Shown here: piece by piece, positions 25,735 to 39,560 of the stretch
Layout: the number at the start of each line of letters is the position of its first letter
Position numbering within the stretch: position 1 is the first letter of the stretch
Origin: Octopus sinensis
Lineage: Eukaryota
DNA length: 64,000 nucleotides
Reading direction: 5' to 3'
Assembly: GCF_006345805.1 (NCBI RefSeq)
Contig: NC_043002.1
Span: forward strand, 99,944,001 to 100,008,000
Translations under genes and position numbers: made by a program
The notes under the pieces: generated by a model
What the model saw: the letters and a program-made list of their open reading frames with translations, nothing else
The model's database searches: none
What the model was told of the DNA's origin: nothing

Positions 25735-25812
25735 TGTCTGTCTGTCTGTCCGTCCGTCCGTCCGTCCGTCTGTCTGTCTGTCTGTCTGTATGTACGTATG
25801 TCTGTCTGTCTG
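25735..25812. repeat. (GTCT)n/(GTCC)n tetranucleotide repeat
   Basis: Directly visible. Confidence 0.95.
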
Positions 25813-26029
25813 TTTCTATATTTGGTAAGGAAAGTTTCACTTGGGTGGATTTGCATTAAAATATAATCGCTTCATTTCCTGTAGCGTATTCTTTGATCTA
25901 TTTTTAAAAATTCGTTTAAGTGATTCTACTTCAGTCATACTTCAGCACCTCCCTAAAGAATTTTAGTAAAAGATAATGGACCCTAGTACTCTTTTCAATC
26001 TTTTACTTACCTATCAATCTCTTTTACTG

Positions 26030-26270
26030 AATCACCATGTTTCAAGGACATTACCACAACACCAGTTATCAAATGGGACAAACACAGACAAAAATATATA
26101 CACACATGGATACATATACGATGAGCTTTCTTCAACTATCCTCTACCAAATCCGCTCACAAGGCTTTGATCGGTCTGTAGAAAATACTTGAACAAGGTTC
26201 CACGCGGGAGGACAGAACCCGAAACCATATGGTTGGGAATAAAACTTCTGATTAGACACTCATGCCCAAT
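26030..26270 (-). mobile_element. Decayed SINE family A
   Basis: CCAAATCCGCTCACAAGGCTTTG...GAACCCGAAACCATATGGTTGGG. Confidence 0.7.
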
Positions 26271-26768
26271 CAAGATATATTTTTCACCATACGTCATAAA
26301 ATTTCTAGGGATTTCGTTGTAAAATACAGGTTATAAAGTGAATATGAAATATCTTGGTATATTTCAATCATATTGAGTGTTAAGTGCTTAAGCAAGAGAC
26401 ATTAAAAAACCTTACACGTATGGAGACATTATGATATTAAAAGTTTATGTGATAAATCTAACGCAGGAAAAATGTAAGTGTAATGCGGTGGGCTACGTGT
26501 GTGTGTTTGTGTGTGTGTATGTGGGAAAACTGAATGATATTACTTGATAATTACTTGATCAGAAAAACATTTTGGTATGCAAGGAAGTAATTGATATGAC
26601 ATACTGATGTATTTATTTGGTACTAGATTAGGAACCTCCGAGTAGTATGCACAAAGCGATTGTGGCTGATTCGCCGCTCCCGAAAGCGTTCGCCGTTGGA
26701 ACGAAATAAAACAGCTTCGAGTTCAAAATTCTGATAACTCGAGCTTATAGCTTATATTTTGTTTTATA

Positions 26769-27684
26769 AGAGGTGGTATCAAAACTTTCTCGGATTAGTT
26801 ATGTTTAAGAAAAAATAACTTATTTAGCTAATTTTTAGCAGCATCTCTTCCGGATTAGTCAGATTGCGCAGCAATATACCGGTCCTGGCGTTCCTGACAC
26901 TTTTGGAATCCAACCTGGAAGTCGTTTTTCGCAAGCGAGTCGAGAGCCTTCTGCGACTCACTCTTGATCTCGACAATGGCGACTTTGGGCTGCATTATTT
27001 TGGGTAAGAGATAGAAGTCCGCAGGTTCTAAATCTGGCAATCAGGGTGGGCGCGGATGCCACACCACGTTTTTGGTGACAAAATCACGAGTGAGGAAAGC
27101 TCAGTGACAGAGAGCATTTTGAAGAGTCCAATTCTTCGCGCTCCACAAATCCAGTCGGTTTCGCCAAATGCCCTTCCACAAACTCTCCCTCAAACTGCCC
27201 TTGCTCAAAATGTCATTGATTGTTCTCGTACGAGGCATACACTTATGAATTTTCCCCACATTGCCACAGTTGGCGCTCGTGGCAAGTCATCTAGAAGACT
27301 CATAATCTTCCAAGGACGTTCTTCTGCATTTGAACTGCCCGTACCACTCGAATTATTGTGTACAACCTAGTGTCTCGTCACCGTAAGCTTTCCGATGCAT
27401 ACTCAATGTCTCTGTGGCAGGTTTACCAAGTTTAGCGCAAAATTTTACGATGGCCCTTTGTTCAAATTTCCTGTCCATGACGGAAATTTCCCTACAAAAA
27501 TTGACTGTAGCATACACGTGATCACAATATGACAATTTTCACAACTTACTAAGTAAACACAGCGATATCAATCAGCACACTGCCTCATGAGGATCACTGC
27601 TAGCTATCACTGCGCATGCACCTGTATGCTACCATCTGTTGGCGCACTGCAGAACTTGTCTGGGAACATTTTGATACCATCTCG
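26769..27684 (-). mobile_element. Internally deleted mariner (Tc1/mariner) element
   Basis: Imperfect ~32-bp TIRs (AGAGGTGGTATCAAAA.. / ..TTTTGATACCATCTCG) flanked by TA. N-terminus MDRKFEQRAIVKFCAKLGKPATETL and C-terminus PDLEPADFYLLPK..FQKCQER are present, but most of the catalytic core is missing. Confidence 0.9.
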
Positions 27685-29837
27685 TACAGTTCAATTGAAA
27701 TATTAATCTATATAAAAGCATTTCAAGCATGTGTTTAATAAATGTAATCTTGAAGCTTCAATTTAGAATGTCAAGTTAGACAAATGATACATTACTCAAT
27801 ACAGTTTATGAATATTTATAGCAAAATTTCAAAGCAATAGTCCTATCATGAAAGAATGAAATATGGATGTATTTCTAACATTGTGATCAAGAGCGGGTTC
27901 GAATGGCTTTTATACTAACAAGATTAATGCAAATTACATTACATCAAATTATATATAGAAAAAAAGAAAATAAAGCTAATTGTTATGAAGTAAACAATTA
28001 ACGTTTTCTTTTTGATATTTTCTATTTTCGTTAGTCTATTAAGATTCAGCTTTTGTTTGATTATTTATTAGTTTAATACAATACGAAGTGCAAGGGAAAA
28101 TTAAGTAATAGCCACGATGTTGTTTCAACATTTCAAAGTTTCTTTCTCAAACCTCTTTTATCATATTAGTGCTATGAATAAAAGATTCGTTTTCACTTGA
28201 AGGGTATGAGTTATTAATTAGATTTGCATATTTACATGACAACTGTTTTCTGTAGAATGTGAGGTTCCCTTGATGTGCTTTTATATATGGTACTTTTCAG
28301 ATTAAAGAGACGTAACGAATACTCATTCGGTCATTCAGAGGGTTTTGAACTCACAGCATAGACGAACGTAACAGCTCTAATGCATAATAATTTTACCGAC
28401 TTTAATATCAAATATCATTGATTTTTTTTTTATCCTGGGGCCGCAACCTACTTTTAGAAGAAACTGAGGAACAAACTGAATTGGCTGAATTATGTTACTT
28501 ACTACCACTTAAAATATTCAAGCTAGAGAGTACATGCCACCTGTCTAGCCCTTTTCTGCTATTCATCTTTATATATGCTACTGATTCATGCCCTTATTTA
28601 AAGTTTTCTGTTGTTCTTGTGTTTTTCTTTAGTGGTGTTCAGCGTCAATCCTGAAGCGATGTTGTCTATTCGTTCATTATCAATACATTTCAAAAATATT
28701 GGCAACGTGCGATAGGGTCTGAGAAAGATATTAAATCAGAGCTGACCTGCGGCTAAACAACAGCATTAACCACCAAGAAGCCTTCTAGAAAGTTTGTACA
28801 TCAGCTAGAGATAGCATTCCATATTACCTCAAATTAACTTTGCAGACTTGAAGAAAATGCTATTGTCTCCTATCATGTAGGTTAACACATTTAATGTTAC
28901 ATATTAATTATGTAGGTGTCGCATTAGTCTGTAAATATTCTGAGTAATTTGCTATTTTTGATGAAACCTTATATCAAACGCAGAATTAATCGAGGCATTC
29001 ATTACTTTTTAATTTGGAGTGTAAATTGCGGTTTATCAATTGATTTTCATCACCCAGATTTTGCATTCATTCACGAGAGAGGAATATATATTGGATTCGA
29101 AAATAAGGAGTTTCTTTTACGTGACACAAGTTCATAAATACAACAGTTTATGCTATGTATTTATTTCCCCCCGGGAAATGCAGCCGCCATTATTATAGAT
29201 AAACTGAAGCATACGTATATGCATGCATAAGCTTCAATGTTAGTCATTAGACCACATTGCTTTCAATGAATTTGATACCTCATGAAATTGTTTGTTTCAC
29301 TGGGGATTTGATATTAATTCGTATATCATAAATCATCAATGTTCTAATAAATTTCGTATATTACTTATATTTATATTATAGTCACAAACGAAAACTAAAC
29401 CCGAAACGGCCATTTCTGAATTCAAAATTCAAACAACGAAATTAAAATATTCAGGCAAAATAACGTGTAATAAATTTGTTATCCATAATAAAACACATTG
29501 GGTATCCCATAGAGATTTATTTCCTTTACGTTTTTTTTAATTTTCGTTCATTTTTATACATAATTAAATCCACGGGGCTTTTTTCCTTCCAACTTAAAGC
29601 GATTTCCATTCGTTTATGCCACTAAAGTATTTGGGAAATAAAATAAACAACCTTTTCTTTGGTTCTGTATTCTAAACTATAGAACCTTCTTACTTCCAGT
29701 TGCGTTACATAATCTTTTATTTGCTGCATTCTGTTGTTAATTTTAGAATACATACATACGTATATATATATATATATATACTGCCATGCGCAATGGGTTA
29801 CCATTTTATATATACACATACATACATACATATGTAT

Positions 29838-29883
<46 letters not shown>

Positions 29884-30052
29884 CACATATATATATATGT
29901 GTGTGTATACAGAGAGAGAGTAAGAGAAAAGTTTTAATCGTCACTACGTATGACTATCACCTTGAGTGTAGGTGATTCTGCACCCTTAGTCACACTTGGT
30001 AGCGATTAAGTTTTTCTTTTATGGCATTACATAGCGCCTAGTTGTTTATATT

Positions 30053-30834
30053 AATATTGTTGTATTTCAGGATGGTCATTTTTTTTTATTTTGGCCAAAT
30101 ACGAACTAACCATACATTTTTATTCACTCGTTTATTACTGTACTTATTTTATTATTTTAACTCATGCCCACTGTCTGGAAATATTTCGTCACACATTTGT
30201 GACCTCCTCAGCGACACTTTTCGTTCTTGTGTGTTTTTTGCTCCACGTCCTCCATTCTGTCTTCTAAGATGCGTATCCTTATGTGCAGAGACGTTTGTGT
30301 CCCCTGTGTGTGCGTGTGTGTGTTTGTATATGTGTGTATGCTAGTGTGTGTGTATCATAGCCGTTGTTAATCGTGTTGCTGATAACAACACGATGAACAG
30401 CGGCAGCAGCATCGGTGGTGACAGCAATACCACGATGGCAACACCATGGGCGAACATACTTCTACAGAGGAATACAGGAAATGTATCATATTTTCGGGTC
30501 ATAGCAGCAGTACAACGAGGTGAGTGGATGTGGTTGCTGTGCAGAAGGTCACACTGCTACTATAAACTATGACACACACGCAAGTATACACGCACACACA
30601 TACAAGTGCACAAACGTGTGTACACATAAGGATACACACCTTAAAAGAAAAGAATGGTGCAATTGGATCAAGGACACACACGAAAACAAAAAGTGTCGCT
30701 GAAGAGGTCACAGATGTGTGACGAAAGATTTTCGGACAATGGACATGAGTTAAAAATAATAAAATCAGGACACTAATAAACGAGTAAAGAAAAACATAGT
30801 TCGTGTGTTTATTTGTCAAAACTACAACAATATT
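30053..30834. repeat. Old inverted repeat with ~270-290-bp arms (30053-~30345 and ~30572-30834) and a ~225-bp spacer
   Basis: For example ACTCATGCCCACTGTCTGGAAATATTTCGTCACACATTTGTGACCTCCTCAGCGACACTTTT versus the reverse complement ACTCATGTCCATTGTCCGAAAATCTTTCGTCACACATCTGTGACCTCTTCAGCGACACTTTT. Confidence 0.88.
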
Positions 30835-30915
30835 GGTTTCAACACATGCTTTCGCATCAGGAATCTTGCAAGACAATTCGATAACTGTAATGTTTATATT
30901 AATTTACACACACAC

Positions 30916-30980
<65 letters not shown>

Positions 30981-31419
30981 GGACAAGCAAACTCATTGAG
31001 AGAGGATGTGCACCAGGTTTTCGAAGTCATCGTTGCAAATATGATCGAGCATTTTAACAATCCATAGAATTAACATACAACGAAATGACTGTTTCGTTAG
31101 TTCTAACGAAATAAATTTATATATTGTGTCTGAAGCTGAGATAGATGAAAACATCTGCTTATAGAGTTGTAAGCAGTATCTTTTAAACGCTATATCACTA
31201 TGACGTATATGGCTGTTTCTGAGCAACGAACACTCATTTAATTAATTGTATAGCTGTGTATGTTCTACTTTTCATTTCATACTCTTCGACGAATTCGATG
31301 CTGTATACTTATGAATTTGTTTTCAGTATCAATAAGCGTGGATAATTGGACATCCCAATGTTGCTATCTAACCAGCAGCATTTTATGTTGAAGTAGTAGC
31401 AGCAGTAGTAGTAATAATA

Positions 31420-31672
31420 AAGTAAAGTTTTTTCTCAAGTCATAAAGACTCATAAGGGCTGGTTATCTGGTTTCCATGGTGTATACATTCACCATCTGGA
31501 GAGGAGACAGATCCGTTGCAGGATTTCTCATTTTTGCTAGCCGAGTTGACTGGAGCAACGTGAAATGAAATGATTTGCTCAAGAACAAAACGCGTAGCCC
31601 AGTACATGGATCGAAACCACAATCTTGCGATCATGAGTCTAAAACCCTAAAAACTAAGCCACGGGCCCCCAC
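31420..31672 (-). mobile_element. Decayed tRNA-headed SINE of a further family
   Basis: Reverse complement CCGTGGCTTAG..AGGGT..GACTCATGATCGCAAGATTGTGGTTTCGATCC...TTGAGCAA..TTCACGTTGCTCCAGTC. Confidence 0.65.
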
Positions 31673-32725
31673 TCATATGTAGGAAAGTGTCATTATTAAA
31701 GACTGGAAGTGGCGCCTACGTCTCTTCTTGTAAACTTCCAGTTAGGTTCCACGCGTTTGTTGTTCTTAACCGTGGAATACCGGGATAAATTCCTTATACA
31801 CACACGTGCACGTGCGCGCGCACAACACTCATACATATACATCCACACACAGACACATACACACCTAAAATTACAGACAGAATTGTCTTTTAGTCGGAAA
31901 GGGTGGTAAAGCTCACGCTTTATCAGGAGCGCCGACAGGGAGAAATGTATATTTAAACTGAAATCCTTGGCCGAATATCTCTAACATGTTAAAGACAGTC
32001 AAGATATCAAATAATGCTAAACAGACAAATCGATTGAATATATCATACACGTAGTTCCTAACAGGAATTGAAAAAAAAAAAGCATAAAAGTGGCAAAATG
32101 TATTGTACGGAATCCGATAATCCATTACCCTGTTTTCATGAGCCCTGAAAATGTAGATTTCAAATGTTGACAAGAGGCCAGCAATTGCAGGGGAGGTGGT
32201 CTAGTCAATTAATGCGACCCGATGCTCAACTTTCCTCCGTGCCAATGCGTGCTAACGTCTCTGCCAGCTCGCCGCCATAGACTCAGAAAATATTAAAAGC
32301 AAAACTGATCACTGAAGGATTTGAACTCATTGCAGAGATCGAAAGTAATATCAAGAGAACCGTTTGGACACATATTTGCTCAGTCTTCTCGTAATTCACC
32401 GCCCGATATAGTTATGCAGATGTTATTCCCTCATAGAATTTTATCCCTCGAGGCGACAATATAGTCTAAAACATGTGTCATTCTTATAAAATATAAACTT
32501 GTCTTAATATCTCTTTAAATAATATTTGTATTGAATTAAAACTTCCGAGAAACGACAGCGATGCCTGTTTCCGAGCTTTTTCACATCGTTAACTTTCCCC
32601 TGGGCAAAATATGCCATATGAGTGCATAATGATACACGAATATACTTACATTAACACACATCCTTTTTTTCTACCTGGACTACCCGGAATACACATAGAA
32701 AACCCTGTGTGTGTGTGTGCGTCTG

Positions 32726-32793
<68 letters not shown>

Positions 32794-32969
32794 ATATATA
32801 TATATTTAAATAATGAGGGGGATAAATTAATATTAATTTTAATATCAATTTAAAACCAGTAGTCTAGCATACAAAAAATCTGAGAAGTCAGAGAAAATTC
32901 TAATATATGTGTATAATGGCAGGGCTTGACATATTTATACACCCGCGGATAAATATTCTCTTTCGTATG

Positions 32970-33000
<31 letters not shown>

Positions 33001-33823
33001 GTATCAAACAGATGCTTGTTCTTATACACCAATTCGTTTTTTCACATATATTTCCCTTTCATTTTGCTTCTTCACTTTTCAAGGGTTATTATTCAAATCT
33101 CTATATCTTGGACGCCTCTTAATTTTATTGCATCAGCGTTTTTTGTAACAAACGGCTTCCTTCATAAATTTACATATTCTTCATTCCTTTTGTCTTTGTA
33201 AATGTGTAAGAATTATTTTCTCTTTAATGGTTCTAAAATAATTCTGTAAATATTCAAATAAAGGAAAAATACAATACTTTCAATATTCATTTGTAGAGAT
33301 ATATTTTTGTGGGCAATAATTTTCTTCGTAATTATAAACTGTAAATTACATCAGTAATTACAAAGTATTACATACTTTGACGTGTAAAGTAATATTCTTT
33401 ATGCATTCCTTGAGAAAAGCGAGGCGGGAAAATCCACGTGGATTCATGATCCGCTACAAGTTTTATCCTACCATTTTGCGAAAGAAAGGATGCATTGATC
33501 AAAGATGTGTCTCATAGAGAAACGCAAACAGGTTTATCTTGTTTGCAATGTCCCTTGATATATTTCTGTTCAATCAGGGTTAACTTAGTGTTAAACAAAT
33601 ACAGCAGCATTGGCGGCAACAACTGACAAGTATGCTTATTGTAAGATTCGGGATCTATCATCAACCAATCTTGGGTTTTCATAACTGCTCAATTAGATAA
33701 TTCTTCAGTATTTTTCCATTCGGGCTAACCTTCCTTTCCGCAAGAGATAGTCCACAACGGAACAGATGCTGTACATGCAACAGAGACCAATCCACTTACC
33801 CCACATGAATGATTCTATCTTTC

Positions 33824-34215
33824 AAGGCGGCGAGCTGGCAGAAACTTTAGCACGCCGGGCGAAATGCGTTGCCGTATTTCGTCTGCCGTTACGTTGTGAG
33901 TTCAAATTCCGCCGAGGTCGACTTTGCCTTTCATCCTTTCGGGGTCGATAAATTAAGTACTAGTTACGTACTGGGGTCGATGTAATCGACTTAATGCCTA
34001 TGTCTGTCCTTGTTTGTCCCCTCTATGTTTAGCCCCTTGTGGGTAGTAAAGAAATAGGTATTTCATCTGTCTTTACTTCTGAGTTCAAATTCTGTCGAGG
34101 TCGACTTTACCTTTCATCCTTTCGAGGTCAATAAGTTAAGTACCTGTTCCGTGCTGAGGTCGGTCTAATCACCGCCCCTAAAATTTTGGGCCTTGTGCCT
34201 AGAGTAGAAAAGACT
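33824..34215 (+). mobile_element. SINE family C with two tandem body units
   Basis: One head, then two GAGTTCAAATTC..GAGGTCGACTTT..CATCCTTTCG units. Confidence 0.88.
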
Positions 34216-34429
34216 ATCCATTCCTATCTTCCGTTAAATTAGTAAAATAGGTCTCTATTAACTTGTCAAATGTATTACTTTCACAAATCTCTTTCAATAT
34301 AAGTATTTAAATTTTTTTTTTTGCTTTTTCTTAAGTGGCTTGTCTCTGTTATAGTTAACTTTTTGAAAGCATGTCCAATGAGAATTTGAAGTAATTTATT
34401 TTACTCTGTGAGTCTCCATTACATAATCA

Positions 34430-34680
34430 TCAAGTTCCGGAGTCGTAACTTCACAAACACCGGTTGTCAAGCATTGGTAGGCGTTGAGCACAGACGTACA
34501 GACAACCACAGATGCAAAAGCACACACGCGCTCAAGCGCGCACACACACAACTACGACAGGTTTCTTTCAGTTACCGTCTACCATAAACCCTCACAAGAC
34601 TTTGGTCGGCCCGACGCTTTGGTAGAAAACACTTGTTCAAGGTGCCACACAGTGCGCCTGAACTCGGAACCATGAAGCTG
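34430..34680 (-). mobile_element. Decayed SINE family A
   Basis: GGTTGTCAAGC..CTCACAAGACTTTGGTCGGCCCG..CAAGGTGCCACACAGTG. Confidence 0.7.
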
Positions 34681-37600
34681 GAAAATCTGTTAGCATTGAC
34701 ATAGCAATTATGTCGTGCTCGTTGATTTGATTGCTTCACATTTCTCGTTAGTTCACTTAAATTTGTATTTTATTTCGTATTTGTTCTTAGTCAGAAATCT
34801 ATAACTACCCTATACATATAATATTATTTGTTAGTGGTGAAATATATAATAAAATATATTATAATACAAGTTACATTTAGAAACATTAAAAAAATGCTAC
34901 CGACTGCGAGATATTTCAATACAATAACTTAGGTACCTTGGATTTTTTTAAAAGAATTTCTTTTGATTTTATTTTGCATTTGTAACGTGTTAGTTAATCC
35001 CTTTAGTTCAGTTTTGTTTCATAGATGAAGCGGGTTTCTGCTTTCCACGAGGTTACAAATTTTGAAAATATTTTCAAGAAAAATATAATCTTCTTTAAGA
35101 AATGTCATCTTCCATTTTTACATCAGGTGAAAAATCTTCAACTTTGCAATCAAATAACATTGCTAAATATGTACAAAAATAACTACTACCACCACCATTA
35201 CTATTACTACTACTACTAATACTAATACTACTACTACATGGTTTTTGTGTTACCAATTTCATTATTTTTTCTGGCAATGTTTTAATTGATTGAAATAATT
35301 GACTAGTACTTATTTTAGTTAACCAAAGAGATACGAAATGCAGCGTCGATGGCATTTGCTTTTGATCACTTAGTATAAGTGGACAAAATTAAATATTCTC
35401 AAGCGTTTAAACAAATACTTAATGTTTCTAGCGCAACATCCGATAATATCTAGGCACACTTCAGTGACCGCTCGTCAGCTATTGAATATTTTCTGCACAC
35501 TATGTTATTGTTGTGTTCGATGTCTTTAAATACTAGAGTGCTGTTCTAAGTCATAGGATGTGAGCATCGACATAATGTTGTAGAGACAGCTCTTAAAGCA
35601 AATCACCTGAAGTAGTCGGCTGATGTCGTCTTTAAATTGTTATTGATTTTTGTTTTTTGTTAGCAAACAAGTCATTCCACTCTTAATAGCTCAGTGAATC
35701 ATGTCATACAAATGTATTGCAGTCGCCGTTATACTGCGCAGCGGAATGGGCAATGACCTTCAGTGTGTGACCATCCCATCCTTTCATATCCTTCTCTTTC
35801 TTAGACAGTAGAGAGAAATATAGAAGAAGCATTTTCTAGTTTGACAGTAGATTTGTTGAGCAATCACAAAGAGACATCCACATGATATTCTGGTATATGT
35901 AATGGTGCAATCAAATTGATGAGTGTCTCGTTAATGTTAAGTAATCGATTCATTCAAACCACGGGGTTCTCTCTCCTTTGTACACAGGAATATTTCTCTC
36001 CGACACCGCAATTACTCACCTGTACTAAGTATCATTTAATTCAGAAATATTGACCTAGTTTATAAGTTTTTTAAGCAATTAGGATTTCTTGTTCCAATCA
36101 AGTAGGTAATGGCATTTGATAAGCTAATTGTGTGTCAGCCGTTGAGCTCCCACAAAAAATAGAATGATATTTTTATGGCGCATAGTATCGCTTCCTACAA
36201 ATCATATAGCTCTGGCACAATGTTGTTTGTAAATTATTTTCCTTACGCAATAATTTATCCTCTTAAACAGATGCAATGATAGGTATAATGAAATTAGATT
36301 AGTGACTGCAGTAATTTAATAAGGGATTTTATTGCATCATTTTAATCTAATATATTTGCAAGGTCGAGTGGTAGGGACAACAACATTTAACGGTCTCTTT
36401 CAGCGGTATGATTGATAATGTTAATGCTCTTCTTAACCCTTTGTGAGGTTACTGCTAGTCAAAGACATAAGTAGGTAAGTGTTCTAGAGGGTAGCTATAA
36501 GTGAAACAAGATTTGCAGAAGGGTTTTGTCGAATATATTTTCTTGCGCCATTGCAACTTCTGGAACGTTAGTGTTAGAACTTTATTATAAATAGATTTCT
36601 TTTTATCAAGGAGGCAGATGTTCAGCTGTTTATACCAAAATGGTAAGGTGGTCATTTATACTTATATTCATAGACCCAAGTTTAATATAATAAGATTAAA
36701 TGCAGTTCATTGTGTTATGCATTATTAGATTTTACATAATTTTATGGAATTAAATGCAAATGTATTTCAAACGTCGCAACGCGGAATTAATTTTCATAAG
36801 TTACTGGTATGTACGATGGTACCACTTAGAGTTGAATTATATTTCGTGTCGGTAATGTTAATGTAATATATTTCTAAACGAAATTGTTGTATTATTACGT
36901 TATATTAGAGTAATTGAGATAGTGGTGAGTGTAAAGAGTTGAATTAGATAAACGGCAGTAAATGCTTTTGTTCCGATTACTTGCCAATATTAAATTTTAT
37001 CGAAGTGTATTAGATTTTCATCGACCTGTGTTTTCGATCAAATGATTAGCTGTAATATTTAAGGAACATTTAATGAAATGTACCACATTTCTTATAAATG
37101 TACCGCATTTCTTATAAAATGCACCGCAGATTTGCTCTAAATAGATATCTAAAAATATCTTGGTAACTGTACCAACATAGAAATTAGTAAATATTGAAAA
37201 TTAGAGTATATAATATTTATATTTTTGTTTCAAATTGGGACGAATTCTCTCCGTAATTTTTGAAATCTCTACACGTATTATACTGGGGTCAATTCTGTTA
37301 ATATTTCTTTTGTTCTTACAAATTTTCCCCTATACCTTTAATCGCTATATATATTATATTGACATGGTATATTCCCACTATAATTACCTCATTTTCGGAT
37401 GGCATGGTGTCATCGAAGGGAAACGAAAAGGCAGCCTCAATTGGATGATTTGGTCTCATAAGGTAAAGAGACATAACCAAAACCTACAAAGTATTTATCC
37501 GATGCTGCACAGACTCTACCATTCTCCACCTATCCAGGTTATAAGCACAGGTTTTGTCAATCACGAAAAAATACAATGGTAGTAACGGGGTGGGGGTTAT

Positions 37601-38011
37601 TATAGCTCACAAGGTAACATATTTGCAACAATGATACTGACCTTCTCCAACAGACACCTGGCATGCCAGTAATCAGTTATAATGTGATGAAAGCTATTCA
37701 CTTTCTTTCAATACCTTTCTGATGGAAAGAAAACTATATCAGTTTATGAGAGTATATTCTGGATGCTTTTAAGTATCTTCTGTTATGACTTGTTTAATCA
37801 AGTTTCTCGCTGATTCTCTAAAGAGATTTACGTCCGGTTGCCACAGAAATATATATTTATTTCTTCTGTGGGTTAATTTCATTACTCTTGGAATCTTTTT
37901 AATCGACGTTATATTTCAGTTTTTGATAAGTTTCCTTTTTAAATTTTCACTATTTTGAATACTTCATCCTGTGATTACTTTCATAGTATAATTAAGAAAT
38001 TATTAATTTAA

Positions 38012-38044
<33 letters not shown>

Positions 38045-39309
38045 TAAATTTTAATAATAGTATTATCGCTGCGATTCATCAAAAAGACGCGAATTTGACA
38101 TAAGGTAATGCGAAATTATCAGATAATATTAAAAGCTTTTCAGCTGTTTCCATAAATTATTTATTTTAATTAATTCAATAGATTATAAATCGAAGCGATT
38201 CATTAATTGCGAAGAAAAGATTTTTACCAGTGTAAGTTCATTACAATTGTCGTGGCCGTCATCATCATCGTGATTATTGCATCAGATTCTGAAATAGGAA
38301 AGTAAATAAAAATTCTAGAGAAATCTCGGCCTCCCAACTCATATTACGCTACTAATATATTATATTGTTACAATTTGGATTGTATTTGTTCTTTTATATA
38401 ATTATCAACTTTCGTCGATACACATGTATCTGTTAATTTATATATAAATGCATGTAATATATGTATATATAACATTCATGGATATGTATGTGTGTGAGTG
38501 ATTGTGTATACAACACTATGTATGTGTTTATGATAAATTAGCACTTTTCTGTATTTTTTAATGATCAATTATTATACTCTTATTTTTAATTAGCAATCAG
38601 TTGTAGTTCTAAATTACCAGACTAATGTTATAGAAATTGATGCTTTCTTTTTAAAAATAATCGTGAAAATTACATGCCACAATTAAATTTCTATTCTCGT
38701 TCTCCAAATTCATGTAGCCCAATTAAAAGTACATTTCTAAATTTCACAGAATCTGGTTCATAGAGATAGTAAAAAAAAAAAGATTGAGAGGTCGGAGAGT
38801 TAGATAATGGAGAAAAGAAAAGGAGCAAAATATTTAAAGAAGGAAGATTGACACTTTTTTACTCTTTCAGTTTTTCAATTTAAATTCCAATGGAACCAAA
38901 TTTAAAATAGTATTGCACTATAATTGATGATGACTGATGCCAGTATAGTGGGATACTCGAAGTCTTTCCTAACACAGTAAGAAGCTGTGAATAAGGGACG
39001 ATATAATGAAAGGGATTTCTCATTCTCGGTCGATAGGCTAAAAAATAGCAGTCGTAGTTCTTGCAAAACTCACTCTAAAACCTTATATGTAAATGACATT
39101 CATATTTGATACTGTAGTATAAAATAAACACCATTAAGAGTGTAGTCGCATAAAGAGACACCAGCTCTTCTTTTATTTAAGACTGATACTTATTCTGTCG
39201 GTCTCTTTTGTCGCCCCGAAATTCTTAAATGGACGTAAACAAATTAATACTTGGGTTGTCAACCAAAGTGAGAGGAAAACACTCAGACGCAAAGACACAT
39301 CATAAATAA

Positions 39310-39560
39310 GGCTAGGCTTTTCAAGCCTAGCCAAGCTCATGGGCTTGGTTCCCCGGTTTCTGTAGCGTATGTGTTCCCCCCAGCTAGACGGGACGCCAGT
39401 CCATCGCAGCGTTACTCAATAAACAGGAAGAGAGAGTGAGACAAAGTTGTGGCGAAAAAGTAAAACAGGGGTCACCAACACCCCCTGCCCGAGTCTCGTG
39501 GAGCTTTTAGGTGTTTTCGCTCAATAAACACACACAATCCCCGGTCTGGGAATCGAAACC
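39310..39560 (-). mobile_element. SINE family B with a third tail type; tRNA head truncated
   Basis: Family B body. The sequence stops at GGGAATCGAAACC and runs straight into mariner sequence. Confidence 0.82.

Noticed and set aside
37075-37130. Short local tandem duplications (also 40880-40915, 53360-53410 and 57665-57692)
   Set aside because: Ordinary slippage duplications of 10-20 bp with no further structure.
37380-37620. Possible ancient AP-endonuclease remnant (ET*..PGY..R..GVGVII)
   Set aside because: Too degenerate to support by eye, and it needs frameshifts and stops to align.
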